From: the human T2T-CHM13v2.0 reference genome, Homo sapiens
Length of the DNA stretch: 64,000 nucleotides
Direction: 5' to 3' (one strand)
Assembly: GCF_009914755.1 (NCBI RefSeq)
Contig: NC_060947.1
The notes beneath the pieces were generated by a model, which searched no databases, had not been told where the DNA came from, and was given only the letters and a program-made list of their open reading frames with translations. Positions within the stretch are counted from its first letter, which is position 1. Every line of letters begins with the position of its first letter. A program made the position numbers and the translations under genes. This document shows, one piece after another, positions 15,003 to 33,959 of the stretch.

Positions 15003-16905
15003 TTACCCATCCATTCCAGGGATTAAGCTTGCCCACTTCTCCATTCCAGAAGAGTGCTTTTAAGTGTGGTGCCTTTAAGAAAAAACACACACACTCCAGA
15101 AAATTCTATGGGGTTTGATTGTATTGTAAAACCCATATAGACTGTATCTGAAAGTGACATATGAATCATCATTGAGAAATGGGGCACTACATTTCATTTG
15201 TGAAAAGGCTAAATTGAAAGGTTTATTTCGTATGTATTAACAGCAGTAGCTGGTGAATCACTTCCCTTCCTGCTTTCTGAAAAGTAATAGATTGCTCATC
15301 ACTGTCTGTTGTTTCCAGATGGACCTGCCCGGTGTCCAGAGTCATATGTAGCTCAGTTCAGGACACCTGAAGGGGCTGTGTACTGTTTTGTTGAAGAACT
15401 CCTATGACCTTTATCTGTCATATGATGGTTCTTATTCCCAAAATTATGACTGTGCCTAACAAATGGTCAGTTACATGAAACAAGATGAAGTCATCTGAAG
15501 TTTTCACTTCAAGTAGTTGTTTTGTCCTTTTATGAATAAAATCTAAGCCTAATCAGAAAAATTGTCAAGATACTTTCAGCTCATTTGCCAAAAATGAGCT
15601 ATTATTTTTGTCATTTAGCAATTTCAAGCAACAGTCACCTGCATGTCTGAAAATAAATTGGTAAAAATAACATGGGTACTGAATTATGCTGGTCAGTCAG
15701 CATGGAAGTTTTAAAATAAAGAATAAATTGAATGTAGTGAAGGATGAATTAATGCTACATGAAAATTAGTTTTAAAATTCTCAAAATCACATTTGGCGCT
15801 AATTAGTATTTATAACATTAGCCAAGCAACAATTTTATTGAAAAAGGTTTGTAACTTAGAACTGTAGCAATCATGGAGACTGCTGTTATTTTTATTTCAG
15901 AGGCTAGCCAGACAATTTAACACAAAGGCTTATTTTCAAACGTTCCTGATCCTTAAGCCCAATAGGCTTATGCTCTATATTTAGTATTGATTTAGTATTA
16001 CCAGGAAGCAATAATTATTTGGACCCTGTTCTCATATGTTCCTGGTTAGAGAGCAAGCACAAAAGATAAGCAGTTTCTGAAAGTTCCAGATCAAAGAGCT
16101 GGTATTTTGGCATTATCCTTAAATACAACATTCTTTCTGGACGTCCCTTAGAAGAATTGTTATTAAGCGCTTCAACCTATTCCATGTGCCCAAACAGCTT
16201 AGGGCAGCTAGCCAGTGTGCTGGGGATGCAGGGGGGGAAAAAAGCATTAAAGAAAACGTATGTTGCTTAGCAAAGAGGCAGGGTAGGAGAGAAAAACTTT
16301 AGGCAGCTTTTACTGTGGTCTTTGGAGCATTTAATAACTGGGGACACACCATTGCATGGAACTTGGAAATGCACCCTACAGTTTATAGGCCACTTCCTAG
16401 AAAGATTGATGCAAAACTTCAGTCACAACTTTATTCTTTTTTTCCTTTGATGCCTTCCGGGAAACTCTCTTTCCTTAGTTCCCGTATCTGTACCACCCCT
16501 TCAAGACCACTCCTTTTCTGACTCTTCTCCCTACCCCTAACATAAGTGTCACCTGGTTCTGGTCTTTGCCATCTTGGATTATTCTTCCCTATCACCACGA
16601 TCTGCTTACAGGTGCCACCTGTGTGTTCCACATGATCATCTTCCACTCACTGCAGCTTCAGGCTAAGTCTCAACACTTCTTCTGGACATGTCTACCCAAT
16701 CTGGTGGCTACCCAAATGTGAGTCCCAAACTAAGTTGTCCTGAGCTGAATTTTATCTATTTGTTAATGACACCATCAGTCAGTAGGGTTACAATTGGTCT
16801 ACTTGGATTTCCACATCCACTTGCTAAGTTCCACAAAATCTACCACTCTGCCTTTTGGATCCATCCTCTCCATTCTTATTGCTGATAAGCTAGTGTGGTT
16901 TCTAC

Positions 16906-17208
<303 letters not shown>

Positions 17209-17597
17209 GTCCATTAATTACTTCTTGATACTACTGACCTCACCTTTCCACTTCTCTCATTTTACCTCCCCATGCCTAGAATTCACCCCACTCTTATATC
17301 TGGGGAAGATGACCTGCTAAAGAAAACCACAACAATGCAGACTGATGCCACCGCAGACATTTGGCATTTGGTCTCAGGTTCTCCACATCAGTCTTCTGTC
17401 CTTTTTACCTACTTGTCTTTCCCATTATAGTACCTAGAAACTATTACAAACATAAGCGTGCAGACTCTAGATTTTGGTGGCCCGGATTCAAATTCCATGG
17501 AAGCTTGCTTAATTTATTAAGCCTCTCTCCACTTCCATGATCTCATCTTTAAAATGCAGATAGAGGCAAGGCACGGTGGCTCACACATGTAATCGTA

Positions 17598-18563
17598 GTA
17601 ATAACTGATTTGGGCAAGAGTCATCAATGGGTGCTAAAAGTAGTGGGTGAAGGCTCGATGAGGAATAGGATACTTACCCCCAAACTAAGCCACAAGTTGT
17701 TAATTACAAAGTGGAAAGTAGTAATTTTACAATGGCAAGACACCACTGTAAATGGATAATGAAAGAACATCAACAATAATGGGAAAAAAATGATGCTATT
17801 TACCTCCTGCTATGCTGCTCTGAGAACAAATATAATTTCTGTGGTAGTCCTCCAAAAATGCATAACCTGAGTCTGTTCGTGGGGAAGCATCAGACAAACC
17901 CAAATTGAGGGACATTCTACAAAACAACTGGCCTATATGCGTCAAAAATGCCAATGTCATGAAAGGCAAAGTCTGGGGAACTCTTCCTGATTCAGGAGAC
18001 AATTTAATGTGTGATCCTGGACTGTGAAAAAAGTAACTATAAAGGATGGTATTGAAACAGTTGTCAAGATTGGAGTACAGTAGTAACATCAAGGCTAAAT
18101 TTTCTGATTGTTCTCTGGTGTGTAAAAGAATGTCTTTGTTAGAAAATACACACTGAAATACTCACAGGTCAAGGAGAACAATAGCTCCAATTTACAAACG
18201 GTTCTGAAAATATATATATACAGACACATACCGGTAGAGAGACAGAGCGAGAAGGCAAATGATAAAGCAAGTGGGACAAGATTTTTTAAAACTGGTGAAT
18301 CTGAGCAAAGGGTATTCAGGAATTCTTTGTACTATTGTTGCAACATTTCTGTAAGTTTGACCTTACATCAAAATTTAAAGTTTAAAAAGGAAATAAGGCA
18401 TAAACAATATTAAAAATAAAACAGAACATTACTATAGATGTAGTAGAGATTTTAAAGATCATGAGGAAAACACTAGAAATAAGAGTGTATCTTTTAGATA
18501 TACATACTGAAATACTTATTGTAAAGTGGTGGGATAGCTGAGATTTCCTTAAATAATTCAGGG
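17598..18563 (+). mobile_element. Old L1M (L1MC/MD-type) 3' UTR fragment
   Basis: caagagtcatcaatgggtgctaaaag...catcagacaaacccaaattgagggacattctacaaaacaactggcct...ttagaaaatacacactgaaata. Confidence 0.75.
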
Positions 18564-18842
18564 GGCCAGGTGCGGTGGCTCACGCCTGTAATCCCAGCAC
18601 TTTGGGAGGCTGAGGTGGGCGGATCACTTGAGGTCAGGAGTTTGAGACTAGCCAGGGCAACGTGGTGAAACCCTGTCTCTACTAAAAATACAAAAATTAG
18701 CCAGACGTGGTGGTGAGTGCCTGTTATCCCAGCTACTCGGGAGGCAGAGGCAGGAGAATTGCTTGAACCAGGGAGGCGGATGCTGCAACACTGCAACCTG
18801 GGCGACAGAGCTCAAAATAATAAATAAATAACTCTAAATAAA
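18564..18842 (+). mobile_element. AluS with deletions in the right arm
   Basis: Sense dimer with (TAAA)n tail. Confidence 0.9.
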
Positions 18843-19186
18843 TAAAATGCAGATAGAAATCATATTTCACTCATAGACTTGTGAGGATTAACGGAGTGAG
18901 CATAGACCCAAGACTCTCCCATCCCCCAATACACTGGCCCTTGTACCTGTGTTCCCAAGTCTAGCTTTTCTCCTCTTCTCATATAATTCCCATTTCTCTC
19001 CTCATATAATTTTCTTGAAAGTCAAGTTACCACTTGATATCTCCATTTCTCTATTTTTATTATTTGTTCATCAACCCACTGCACTCACTTCTGTCTCCCC
19101 ACCTTCACTTCTCTCAACTACACAAAAACTGCCCCAGCAAAGTTTACCAATGACTGTTGCGAAAACCAGTAGGTGTTTTTCCAGTT

Positions 19187-19790
19187 CTTTTTTTTTTTTT
19201 TTTGAGACAGGGTTTTGCTTTGTCACCCAGGCTGGAGTGCAGTGTACAATCACAGCTCACTGCAGTCTTAACTTCCTGGGCTCAAGCAATCCTCCTGATT
19301 CAGCCTCCCAAGTAGCTAGGACTACAGGCATGTATCACCACGCCTAGCCCTTTTTTTTTTCGAGACAGAGTCTCGCTCTTGTCGTCCAGGCTGGAGTGTA
19401 ATGGTGTGATCTTGGCTCACTGCAACCTCTACGTCCTGGGTTCAAGTGATTCTCCTGCCTCAGCCTCCTGAGTAGCTGGGATTACAGGCGCGTGCCACCA
19501 CACCTGGCTAATTTTTGTATTTTTAGTAGAGGCGAGGTTTCACCATATTGGCCAGGCTAGTCTTGAACCCCTGACCTTGTGATCCTCCCACCTCAGCCTC
19601 CCAAAGTGCTGAGATTACAGGCGTGAGCCACCGCGCCCAGCCTGCTTTTTTTTTTTTTTTTTTTTAATTTTTGTAGAGATGAGGTTCTGGTATGTTGCCC
19701 AGACTGGTCTCAAACTCTTGAGCTCAAGCAATCCTCTCACCTCAGCCTCCCAAAGTGCTGGGTTTACAGGCATGAGCTACTGCGCCCAGC
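19187..19790 (-). mobile_element. AluJ with an AluS nested in its linker (19351-19642)
   Basis: Right arm, full Alu, then left arm. Confidence 0.9.
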
Positions 19791-20515
19791 CAGTTATCTT
19801 ACATCTTGACTCTACTTGATGTCGCTGACAATCCAAGTGCTGTCGTTTGGTCCTCTGCTAATCTGCTCTTGCAGGTGACCCAAGAATAGAAGTAACACAT
19901 TTAATAATAAAACCAACGTTGCAAAGTTCACTGGCTGGGACCCTCCCTGAACTATCTACCCACCCGCTTCCCTGCTCGCAGAGATTTAATAGGAATCTAC
20001 ATAAATTCTGCTATTTCCTTGGCAAAGGTAAAATGTCTAGATGAAGGGTGGGGTGAACTATACAGGGAGGTGAAAGGGTAGAAGAGAATTGAGAAAAGTG
20101 GGAGGTTGGGGCCAGTAATATCCAGGGGTAATGGAGGTGATTAACCAATTTGCTTATGAAAAATGCCACATGGCAGAGACAACTCAAAGCTCGAGGTGCA
20201 TTGGGAAACCAAAATGCATTTGTGTACATATGTAGACATATGTAATTCTTGTCTAGTCAAGAAAAGAACAGTTGAAACACATACCTTCTTATGAAACTGT
20301 GAAAATCACCAGATGAAAGGTTGTGAGACCAAAATATGGAGAATTTTAGTCAAGATTCCAAGCCCCATATCCAGATGGAGTCAGGCAGCAGACAGCTGAA
20401 AAATGGTGCTGCCATTCTTCTCCAGGAGCCCTTTCTGCCACATCCCTCAATGACATCTGCCTTCTACTGCAACATTTCTAGGTACAGAGAGTTCAACCCA
20501 TTTCACAATTCTTCA

Positions 20516-21028
<513 letters not shown>

Positions 21029-21789
21029 TCAACTTCTTGCAACTTCCACCTGTTGATTCTCCTAGCCCTGCCTTTCAGGAGGCTACACAGGAGCAATGTG
21101 AGGTGGAGAAAAATAAGGGTTTTATAGTCTGAAAGACCTGGGTTTGAAAACTAGATTGGCCACTCATAACTGATAACTCTAAGCAAGGTACCATTCCCCT
21201 TCTCTCAGCCTCAGCCACCACCCCGTCTGTCAAAATGGGGGTGATATCCCTTAAACGACTGCATTGTCTTAAGGAATATAGAAGATAAAGTGATTGTAAG
21301 TGAAATTAGCTGGTTCGTAATAGTAAGTCGTTTTTATTCTTTTTTTTTTTAACAGAAAAGTAATTTGTATTCCCTTTTCCACACCGTGATCCTTCACATA
21401 TAAAATCAAGAAGCTAGCCTCATTTTAAGTGTATTTTTTTTTACTATTAACAGGTGAATTGATGTTTATTACACATAAATTATACAGATAAGTAAAAATA
21501 AAAATTTTAAATATCCCGTAATTCTAGTACCCGTAGGCCACAATTGTATGTTTTGTAAAATCTTTCAGACATTTCTACAAAAAATAGGTTCATACCTATT
21601 AAGTTATAATCTACTTTTTTCACTTAAAAATTGGAAGTATCTTACCAGGTCAGTATACTCTGTCATTCTTATTGGCCGCATAATAGTCCATTTTGTGGAT
21701 GTATCATAGTTTACTTAACCATTTCCCTATCATTGGACAGTTGTTTCCAGGTTTTATGGTTGCCATTTTGTTGTTGCAAATAGTGCTGA

Positions 21790-22325
21790 TCTAATCACCA
21801 AGAAATAGCCGAGACTCCCAGATGGAAAGATGTTCCACAGAACGACTGGCCTGTACTCCTCAAAAAAAAAAAAAAAATGTCCTGAGAAACAAAGAAAGGC
21901 TGAGGAACTGTTCCAGACTAAAGGTGACTAAAGACACATGACAACTAAAAGTAATGCTTCATCCTGAATTGGATGCCAATTCGGGGTCGGGGGAACCCTT
22001 GCTCTGAAGGACATTTTGGGGACTATTGGCTAAATGTAAATATGAATTGAATATTACATAATATTGTGTCAATGTTAGTTTCCTGATTCTAATCATTGTA
22101 CTGTAGTTATATAAGAGAATATCCTTATTCTTAGAAAATGCATACTGAAGTATTTACGAGTAATGAAGTGTCATGTCTACAATTTAACTGGTTCAGGAAA
22201 AAAATGTGTGTGTATATACGAAAAGATAAAGCAAATGGGGCAAAATGTCACAAGTTGGTGAACCTTCGTGAAGGATATACAGGAATTATTTGTGCTTTTC
22301 TTGCAACTTTTCTATAATTTTCTTT
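21790..22325 (+). mobile_element. Old L1M 3' UTR fragment
   Basis: aaaggctgaggaactgttccagactaaagg...ccttattcttagaaaatgcatactgaagtattt. Confidence 0.7.
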
Positions 22326-22329
22326 CTAA

Positions 22330-22650
<321 letters not shown>

Positions 22651-23142
22651 TAATTTTTCAGTTTTGCTTAAAAGTTAAACACACCAGCAGAAACAGCAGC
22701 TCTTTCCAAGGGAGTCTGAAGAAGTTCAAAACTAGGGTCAGCAAACTCAAGGAACAGGAATAAGCCTTGAGGAGGTCATCAGGATATTTAACTAAAGAGC
22801 CATCTGAAGGAAAGAGTACAAACTATTTGGTTCAGATGAGCTAGAGAGAACATTCTTCTTCCCCAGTACTCAGAATGATTCTCAACCTTTTCCACTGAAG
22901 TGCACTCAAAATAGAGGAAATTGACCTTCTGCACTGTTTTCACCCTTAACTTGTGACTGTTTTGTTTTGTTTGTATCTCCTGTCCTCATCTATCTTAGAT
23001 TCCTTTTTCATTTTGCTGAAGTAACACTTCTTTTTTTCTTATAGGACACGTGGGTAATAAACATCTAAAAATAAACAATGCTGAGATGAACATTCTTGTA
23101 CATAGAGCTTTCTGCCCTTCTCTGATTTTTCCCTTAAGATAA

Positions 23143-23478
<336 letters not shown>

Positions 23479-24154
23479 ACCAAAGTTTTATACATATTTT
23501 TTAAAGTCTATTGATTCATATCACTAAATGCCCTGCAGAAAGTTTTTACCATGAACACATTACCCAGCTTCAACAATTATGAACTAATTTCCCATCTGGT
23601 TTCATATATATTCCTCCCAATTCCCTGTCCCCACACACCATGGTTTATTTTGAAGCAAATTCCAAAGACATCATTTCATCCTCATATATATCATTATATG
23701 TCTCTAAGATGCATACTTTTAAAAAATGCAATCACAATACTATTATTGAACACCCCTTCCCCACCAATTTTTAACAATCATCTCTGGTTGTCTTCAAACA
23801 TCCGGTGTTTAAATTTCTCCAATGGTGAATGTTATTAAGTGTTTGCCATTGTTATGGAAATCTCTGCAGATGGTGGGAGGAGCAAATGCATGTTCTTGGA
23901 GTTTTCTTTGAAATCGAGGTGAAAATTCACATTATATTTACTATCTACATATTATTTGTCATATATATTACAATTTATATATGTAAAGATATGTATGAAT
24001 ATAGGCATATACTACAGGCAATTCTGGTAGACTGTATCAAATCAAATGCTCATTATTCTAGTTTTATACTAATTTAAACTTCCCAAAGACACTTAAGAAT
24101 ATTAGGAGATGCAATCAAAATAACAGATAAAAGACAATTGCTAAATAATTATTA

Positions 24155-24471
<317 letters not shown>

Positions 24472-24605
24472 GATGTCAGGTATTAAGTCTTTAAAAGTCC
24501 ACCCACAAAGTGGAAGTAGAAACATTTCTATATCATGTAGTTTTTATAGTTTTATCTAGATTCACCTATTAAAATAAGCTATTTTAAAAGGCTTTTTAAA
24601 TTCCC

Positions 24606-24898
24606 TTTTTTTTTTTTAGATGGAGTCTTGCTCTGTTGCCCAGGCTAGAGTGCAGTGGCGTGATCTTGGCTCATTGAAACCTCTGCCTCCCAGATTCAAG
24701 TGATTCTTCTGCCTCAGCCTCCCAAGTAGCTGGGATAACAGGTGCCCACCACCATGCCTGGCAAATTTTTGTATTTCTAGTGGAGACGGGGTTTCACCAT
24801 GGTGGCCAGGCTGGTGTCGAACTCCTGACCTCAAATGATCCACCAGCCTCGGCCTTCCAAAGTGCTGAGATTACAGGCATGAGCCACTGAGCCCAGCC
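24606..24898 (-). mobile_element. AluS
   Basis: Antisense dimer. Confidence 0.92.
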
Positions 24899-24917
24899 AA
24901 GGCTTTTAAAATTTCTA

Positions 24918-25230
<313 letters not shown>

Positions 25231-25417
25231 ATTTCTAACAAATGGTGGAAAATAGGCATAGTCTTAATTATACAGTACACATAGTCTTTATTAGCATTAT
25301 ATTCATGCAGATATTATTCCTTTAAACTGGTTTCTTATATTATGAAGGTATTTCCAAATATATCCATGGTGACTTATGTTCAGTAGTATCCATTTGATGT
25401 AGCCTGTGGACCTGGGT

Positions 25418-25760
25418 GTAGTAGATGCTATTGGTGCCCTGCCCGGCTCTCTTCACCGGCTAGCACCCCATCCCACATCTGTTTCAAGTGCAGCTTACTT
25501 CTGCGACCTCTGATTATCTGCCCTTGCCTGATGGGAACCTAGGAAGCTATACTCCCCTTATAGCCAATGAATGATTCTGGGATACAAAATCCCTGGCCCC
25601 TGCCTCAAGCAGGACTACTGCAAATGTTTCCCGCTGTGGACGCCAAGGCTAAACTGTATCTAAGACCATGTCCTTTCTCAGTTCTCTACCGTTCCCTATC
25701 CCACTTCGCGTCCTCCCTCATAAGTTTTCTTTAAGTGCACCCCTTCCAAAAATCAGATAA
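25418..25760. mobile_element. ERVL LTR (LTR16-like)
   Basis: Starts tgtagtagatgctattggtgccctgccc; internal tagccaatga...tgcctcaagcaggac motifs. Confidence 0.5.
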
Positions 25761-25813
25761 CTGAAATATCATACCATCCAAGGAAGGAATTGTGCTTTTA
25801 GTTTAGAAGTTTA

Positions 25814-26174
<361 letters not shown>

Positions 26175-26485
26175 CTATGCCTGTCAGAAAATAGAACATA
26201 AAAACCAATTCCCAGGCAACCACAACTAGATTTCTGTTACTGATTTACTCAGCCCTACTTCGTCTTCCAATTTTAGTAGCAGTCTACCTTCATGAAGCCA
26301 TCTGCCTCTAGGCTAAAATAGTTCTGGAAATCCTGAGTCTTAGGTGCACTGGAGCAGTCTGTCAGTTTTATGCACCTGGTAGCAGTATCAGCTTACACTG
26401 AGAAGCCTGTTTCTAGTATAGTCCTTCCTCCTGAGGTTCTGAGACTATTCTTTGTCATTCTTTCCAGAAGACTGACTCTCTGGCC

Positions 26486-26700
26486 CAGGGCTGCTGCACA
26501 GGATTTTCCACAATGATGAAAATGCTCTATGTCTGCACTGTCCGATGCAGTAACCACTAGCTATAAGTGGCTATTGAACATTTGAAATGTGGCCAGTAGG
26601 ATTGAGGAACCAAATGTAACATTTTAATTTTAATTAATTTAAACCTAGATTTAAATAGCCATGTGTGTGGCTAGTGGCTGCTATATTGGGCAGCACAGCT
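26486..26700. mobile_element. MER3 hAT MITE
   Basis: cactagctataagtggctattgaacatttgaaatgtggccagt...gtggctagtggctgctatattgggcagcacag. Confidence 0.75.
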
Positions 26701-27200
26701 CTAATTTTCTAGCAAGGACATTTAGGCCATTGTGAAGGGAAAGCAGAGACCGCCTACTGAAAGGCCAGATTGTTCTGGCTTCTTGCTTATAGTAACCAAA
26801 AGTATCCAAATGGAAGCAATGAATGGGCCTACCTGTAACTATTTAGTCTATGATAACCATGGGGGCAAGAACACGGGAACAGAGAAGGCCTAGTGAAATC
26901 TTCAGGGTGTTAGAATCTGTCCTGTACAGAGTGTACTATGATCAGTAGCAAACAATAGAAGTATTTTAAACTTAGCAATCACATGTTTACAAGTTGATTT
27001 GTTAAGTTACTTTGTTAGCCCTGACATGTGAACGTGAGTTTGTCCTACCCTGCTTGAAAAGATATAATTTCATTATAATATTTTACCTACACAAAATTAA
27101 CCTAAAGAAAGTTGAACCTTTTTTTTAATTTGATGGCTTTCCCTATATTGTGAGCCTGAAATATAAAAGTTTACTATAGAGTTCATAAAGAAAATGAAGC

Positions 27201-27872
<672 letters not shown>

Positions 27873-27993
27873 CCTAATTATTTCTAATACATGTCCTACC
27901 CCCATTTTTGCTTGTGATGCCATTGTGGGTCACAGGATGAGGAAGCAAGCAGCCGTCTAGGAGAATGCGAAAGATGGTTTGGGTGTAAGATAC

Positions 27994-29095
27994 TGTAATA
28001 GGAAAAAACAAAAAAACCTGTTTTCCTACTCTCTTCTCTTACTCAGCACAGAACACATCTGTGACAAGATGTGTTGGGGTTTTCCCCACACACCAAGCTA
28101 TTCTCCAGCAAACACCAGCTAGATGCCCTATAATTCAGTTCAGTTCAATTCTAACACTACCTGGAGATAGCATCAGATGCCACAAGGTAAGGGCTCAGTC
28201 CCACAAGACTGCCCCCACCCCACTTCAGACGCCAATTGCAAGTCCCAGGTTGTGACCTTTACTTCTGACCAACCAGCTGTAAACTGGGGATTCCCATTCA
28301 ATTAATTTGCTAGGACAGCTTACAGAACTCAGGGAAGCATTACTTAACATTTACCAGGATATTTCAAAGGGTACAAATGAACAGCCAGATGGAAGAGTGT
28401 CAGGGCAAGGTGTCAGGGAAGGGCATGGAAGCCCCATGCCTTCAACTGGTGCTATCCTCCAGTACCTCCACGTGTTCAGCAACCCAGAAGCTTATCAAAT
28501 CTTTCAGTTTTTGTAGAGCTTGATCTCTAGCCCACCCCTCTGCACCTGCCAGGGGTGGGGCTGAAAATTCCAACCCTCTAATCACTTGGTCTTTCAGGTG
28601 ACCAGCCTCATCCTGAGATTATCTAGGAGCTCTATCCAAAGTCATCTTTTAGCCTAAACTCAGGTATGATCAAAAGGGGCTCATGAGGCCAGGCACAGTG
28701 GCTCAAGCCTGTAATCTCAGCACTTTGGGAGGCCAAGGCTGGCAGATCACCTGAGGTCAGGAGTTCGAGACCAGCCTGGACAACATGATGAAACCCTGTC
28801 TCCACTAGAAATACAAAAATTAGCCCAGCATGCTGGCGCACGCCTGTAGTCCCATAGTTGGGAGGCTGAGGCAGGAGAATCGCATGAGTCCAGGAAGCGG
28901 AGGTTGCAGTGAGCCAAGATCGCACCACTGCACTCTAGCCTGGGTGACAGAGGGAGACTGTCTCAAAAAAGGGGTGCAGGGAGGGGGCGGGGCTCATGAA
29001 TAACAAAAGTCATTCCTATCACTAGGAAATCCTAAGGGTTTTGGGTACTCTGTCAGGAACCAGGGACAAAGACCAAATATGTTTATCATACTACA
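27994..29095. mobile_element. MER21-type solo LTR with an Alu inserted
   Basis: TG...CA termini with an exact 5-bp TSD GATAC (27989-27993 and 29096-29100); MER21-like body. Confidence 0.8.
28687..28970 (+). mobile_element. AluS inside the MER21 LTR
   Basis: Sense dimer; ggggctcatga duplicated. Confidence 0.9.
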
Positions 29096-29551
29096 GATAC
29101 CTTGTCAGTTTTATTCTGAATTTGGGGCCTGATCCTGAAAAAGAGCAACATTCTAAAGAGATGTCTGGTCAGAATACAGATACCTGAGAACTCCAAGTAG
29201 CCACAGCCTTATCTATATTAATAACCAAAGTGACGATGCTTTCTGAAAACCACAAGAGAAGGTAACATAACCTTAAGGATTTTAGCTCCTCTAGAAGTTA
29301 GGAACCCTTACTATTGTTTTGTTTGCTGATTTTTGTATAGTTTTCTATAGCAGAAGCATTCAAATGCAGCACGTAAACATGAAAACTAGCAGATATATAT
29401 ATTTTTTTTATTTTTATTTTTTATTTTTTAAGGTTTTAGATTTTTCTTTTTCCCTAGACTTCTCAGCAGAATGCAGACCTTTTAAAGAGTACACGTTTAA
29501 GTTAGGGGAGGTAAAACCTCTCTGCTTTCTATGTGGAAAGTGAATTCTGTT

Positions 29552-29688
29552 GGGGGTGGGTGGTGTGCCCCTGTAGTCCAAGCTACTTAGAAGGCTGAGG
29601 TGGGAGGATGGCTTGAGCCAAGGAGTTTGAGACCAGCATGGGCAACACAGCGAGGCCCTGCCTCCAAAGGAAAAAAAAAAAAAAAAAA
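29552..29688 (+). mobile_element. Alu monomer
   Basis: Single arm plus A tail. Confidence 0.8.
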
Positions 29689-29710
29689 GACAGTAATTGA
29701 TTGCCTGATT

Positions 29711-30809
<1,099 letters not shown>

Positions 30810-31062
30810 TGAGAAAAAACTGTATTTTCAATGCAGTCTCAATATTTTTATTGATGAGCTACTAGTTTTCTTTATTGTACATATGTTTCTCTTTTTCTAA
30901 ATGAATTTAATATACCTCAATATATACATATTTAAATATACGAATTTCAACATACATATACTAAATAATGATAGGGTGCATTATTTAAGCTTTAAACCTT
31001 AGTTTTAAAATACAGTTACTCTTAAAAAGCTTATTATAAGACACTGTTAATTTTTACATCAT

Positions 31063-31381
<319 letters not shown>

Positions 31382-31945
31382 TTATAACTACTGCCCAGAG
31401 CTTGGTTTCTAATAATACCATTTTCCAATATAAGAAACCAGAGCTCCTGGTGCAGCATCTGCTCTGGCCCCTGGTCCCCTCGCTCCCCACCCACCCAGGC
31501 CCCTTCCTCCGGAGCTCACCTGGGGCCTCCATCCCAGAAGCTCAGGGCTTATTTTTCTGATTAAAGAAAATAAAAAGTGCCGTGCCACCATTTTTTATAA
31601 TAGCATCAGGGTTTATAATTTAAACAACAACAACAACAACAAAAACAGAAAAAAAAAACAGAGCTCTTTGTAAAAATGGCTGACTCCAAGGCTAAGGCAG
31701 GAAAAGTAAAAGATGAGACTGGAATATCTTGTGGCGCCAGAAATTAAGTAAGTGCTCAAAGAGTGATGAGGACATATTGAAAGGACACAGGAGCCAACAT
31801 GGAGGGACGCCCAGTAGCCAAATCTTGGACAACCTGGGCAACAAAGTATTAAGTACTACTAATGGATCATTCCCTATAGGATAAAATCAGAATCCCTGAG
31901 TTCATGATGATGTAAATAATTTCATTTAAAAAAATGAGGCCTGTT

Positions 31946-32419
<474 letters not shown>

Positions 32420-32877
32420 CTAATAAATGAAGAAAGAATGATGATAATGGAAAAATCAACATTCAACACTTCGGTAATAGTTATTTCAGGCAAGAATCAT
32501 CAATGGAAATGTTAAGTATGTGAGTTGATGGATTTGTTAGACTGGTTTAATCATTCCACAACATATACCAAAACATCACATTGCACCCCATAAATATATA
32601 TACAATTATTTGTCAAAATAAAATTGAAAAAAATGAATTTTCATGGAAAATAACAGTGAGCATAGATATAAAGATTAGGGGATAACTTCTGGCTTCAAAT
32701 ATTAAAAATACAAGTGCAAAAGACTTATGGGAAAATAAAAAATAAAAGTAAAAATAAAATATTTAAAATACTTTCTAGTAAACTACCTGGAACACAGTAG
32801 AGTTCTAAATGCAGAAAGGATTCTACATGTAATTGGGATTACAGGTGTGTGATCCCAAAGGATTCTAAATGTAATGA

Positions 32878-33326
<449 letters not shown>

Positions 33327-33567
33327 TGAAAAGTACACACACAAGAAGAATCATCAATGGATGCTAAAATTAGTGGGTCAAAGTTTGATGAGGAACAGAA
33401 TATTTACACAGTCTCAAACTATCATTCCTCGTATTAATTACAAAGGGAAAAATAGTATGTTTATACTGGAGATCTGGCAGAGGCTGTCTTGACAAAGTAA
33501 TCCAGATTAACATCATCATTAATGAAACAAATTGACATCTCGGGCCTCCTAATATGAAGCACTGTGA

Positions 33568-33956
<389 letters not shown>

Positions 33957-33959
33957 TAA

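Larger units (their letters stand above)
17455..18905 (+). mobile_element. MIR split by a 1.28-kb insertion
   Basis: 5' half ...ctcatctttaaaatgcagataga (to 17564) resumes as aatcatatttcactcatagacttgtgaggattaa (from 18858). Confidence 0.65.

Noticed and set aside
15300-15480. Acceptor-like gtttccag followed by ATG downstream of PHF6
   Set aside because: No good donor, short ORF, no other support.
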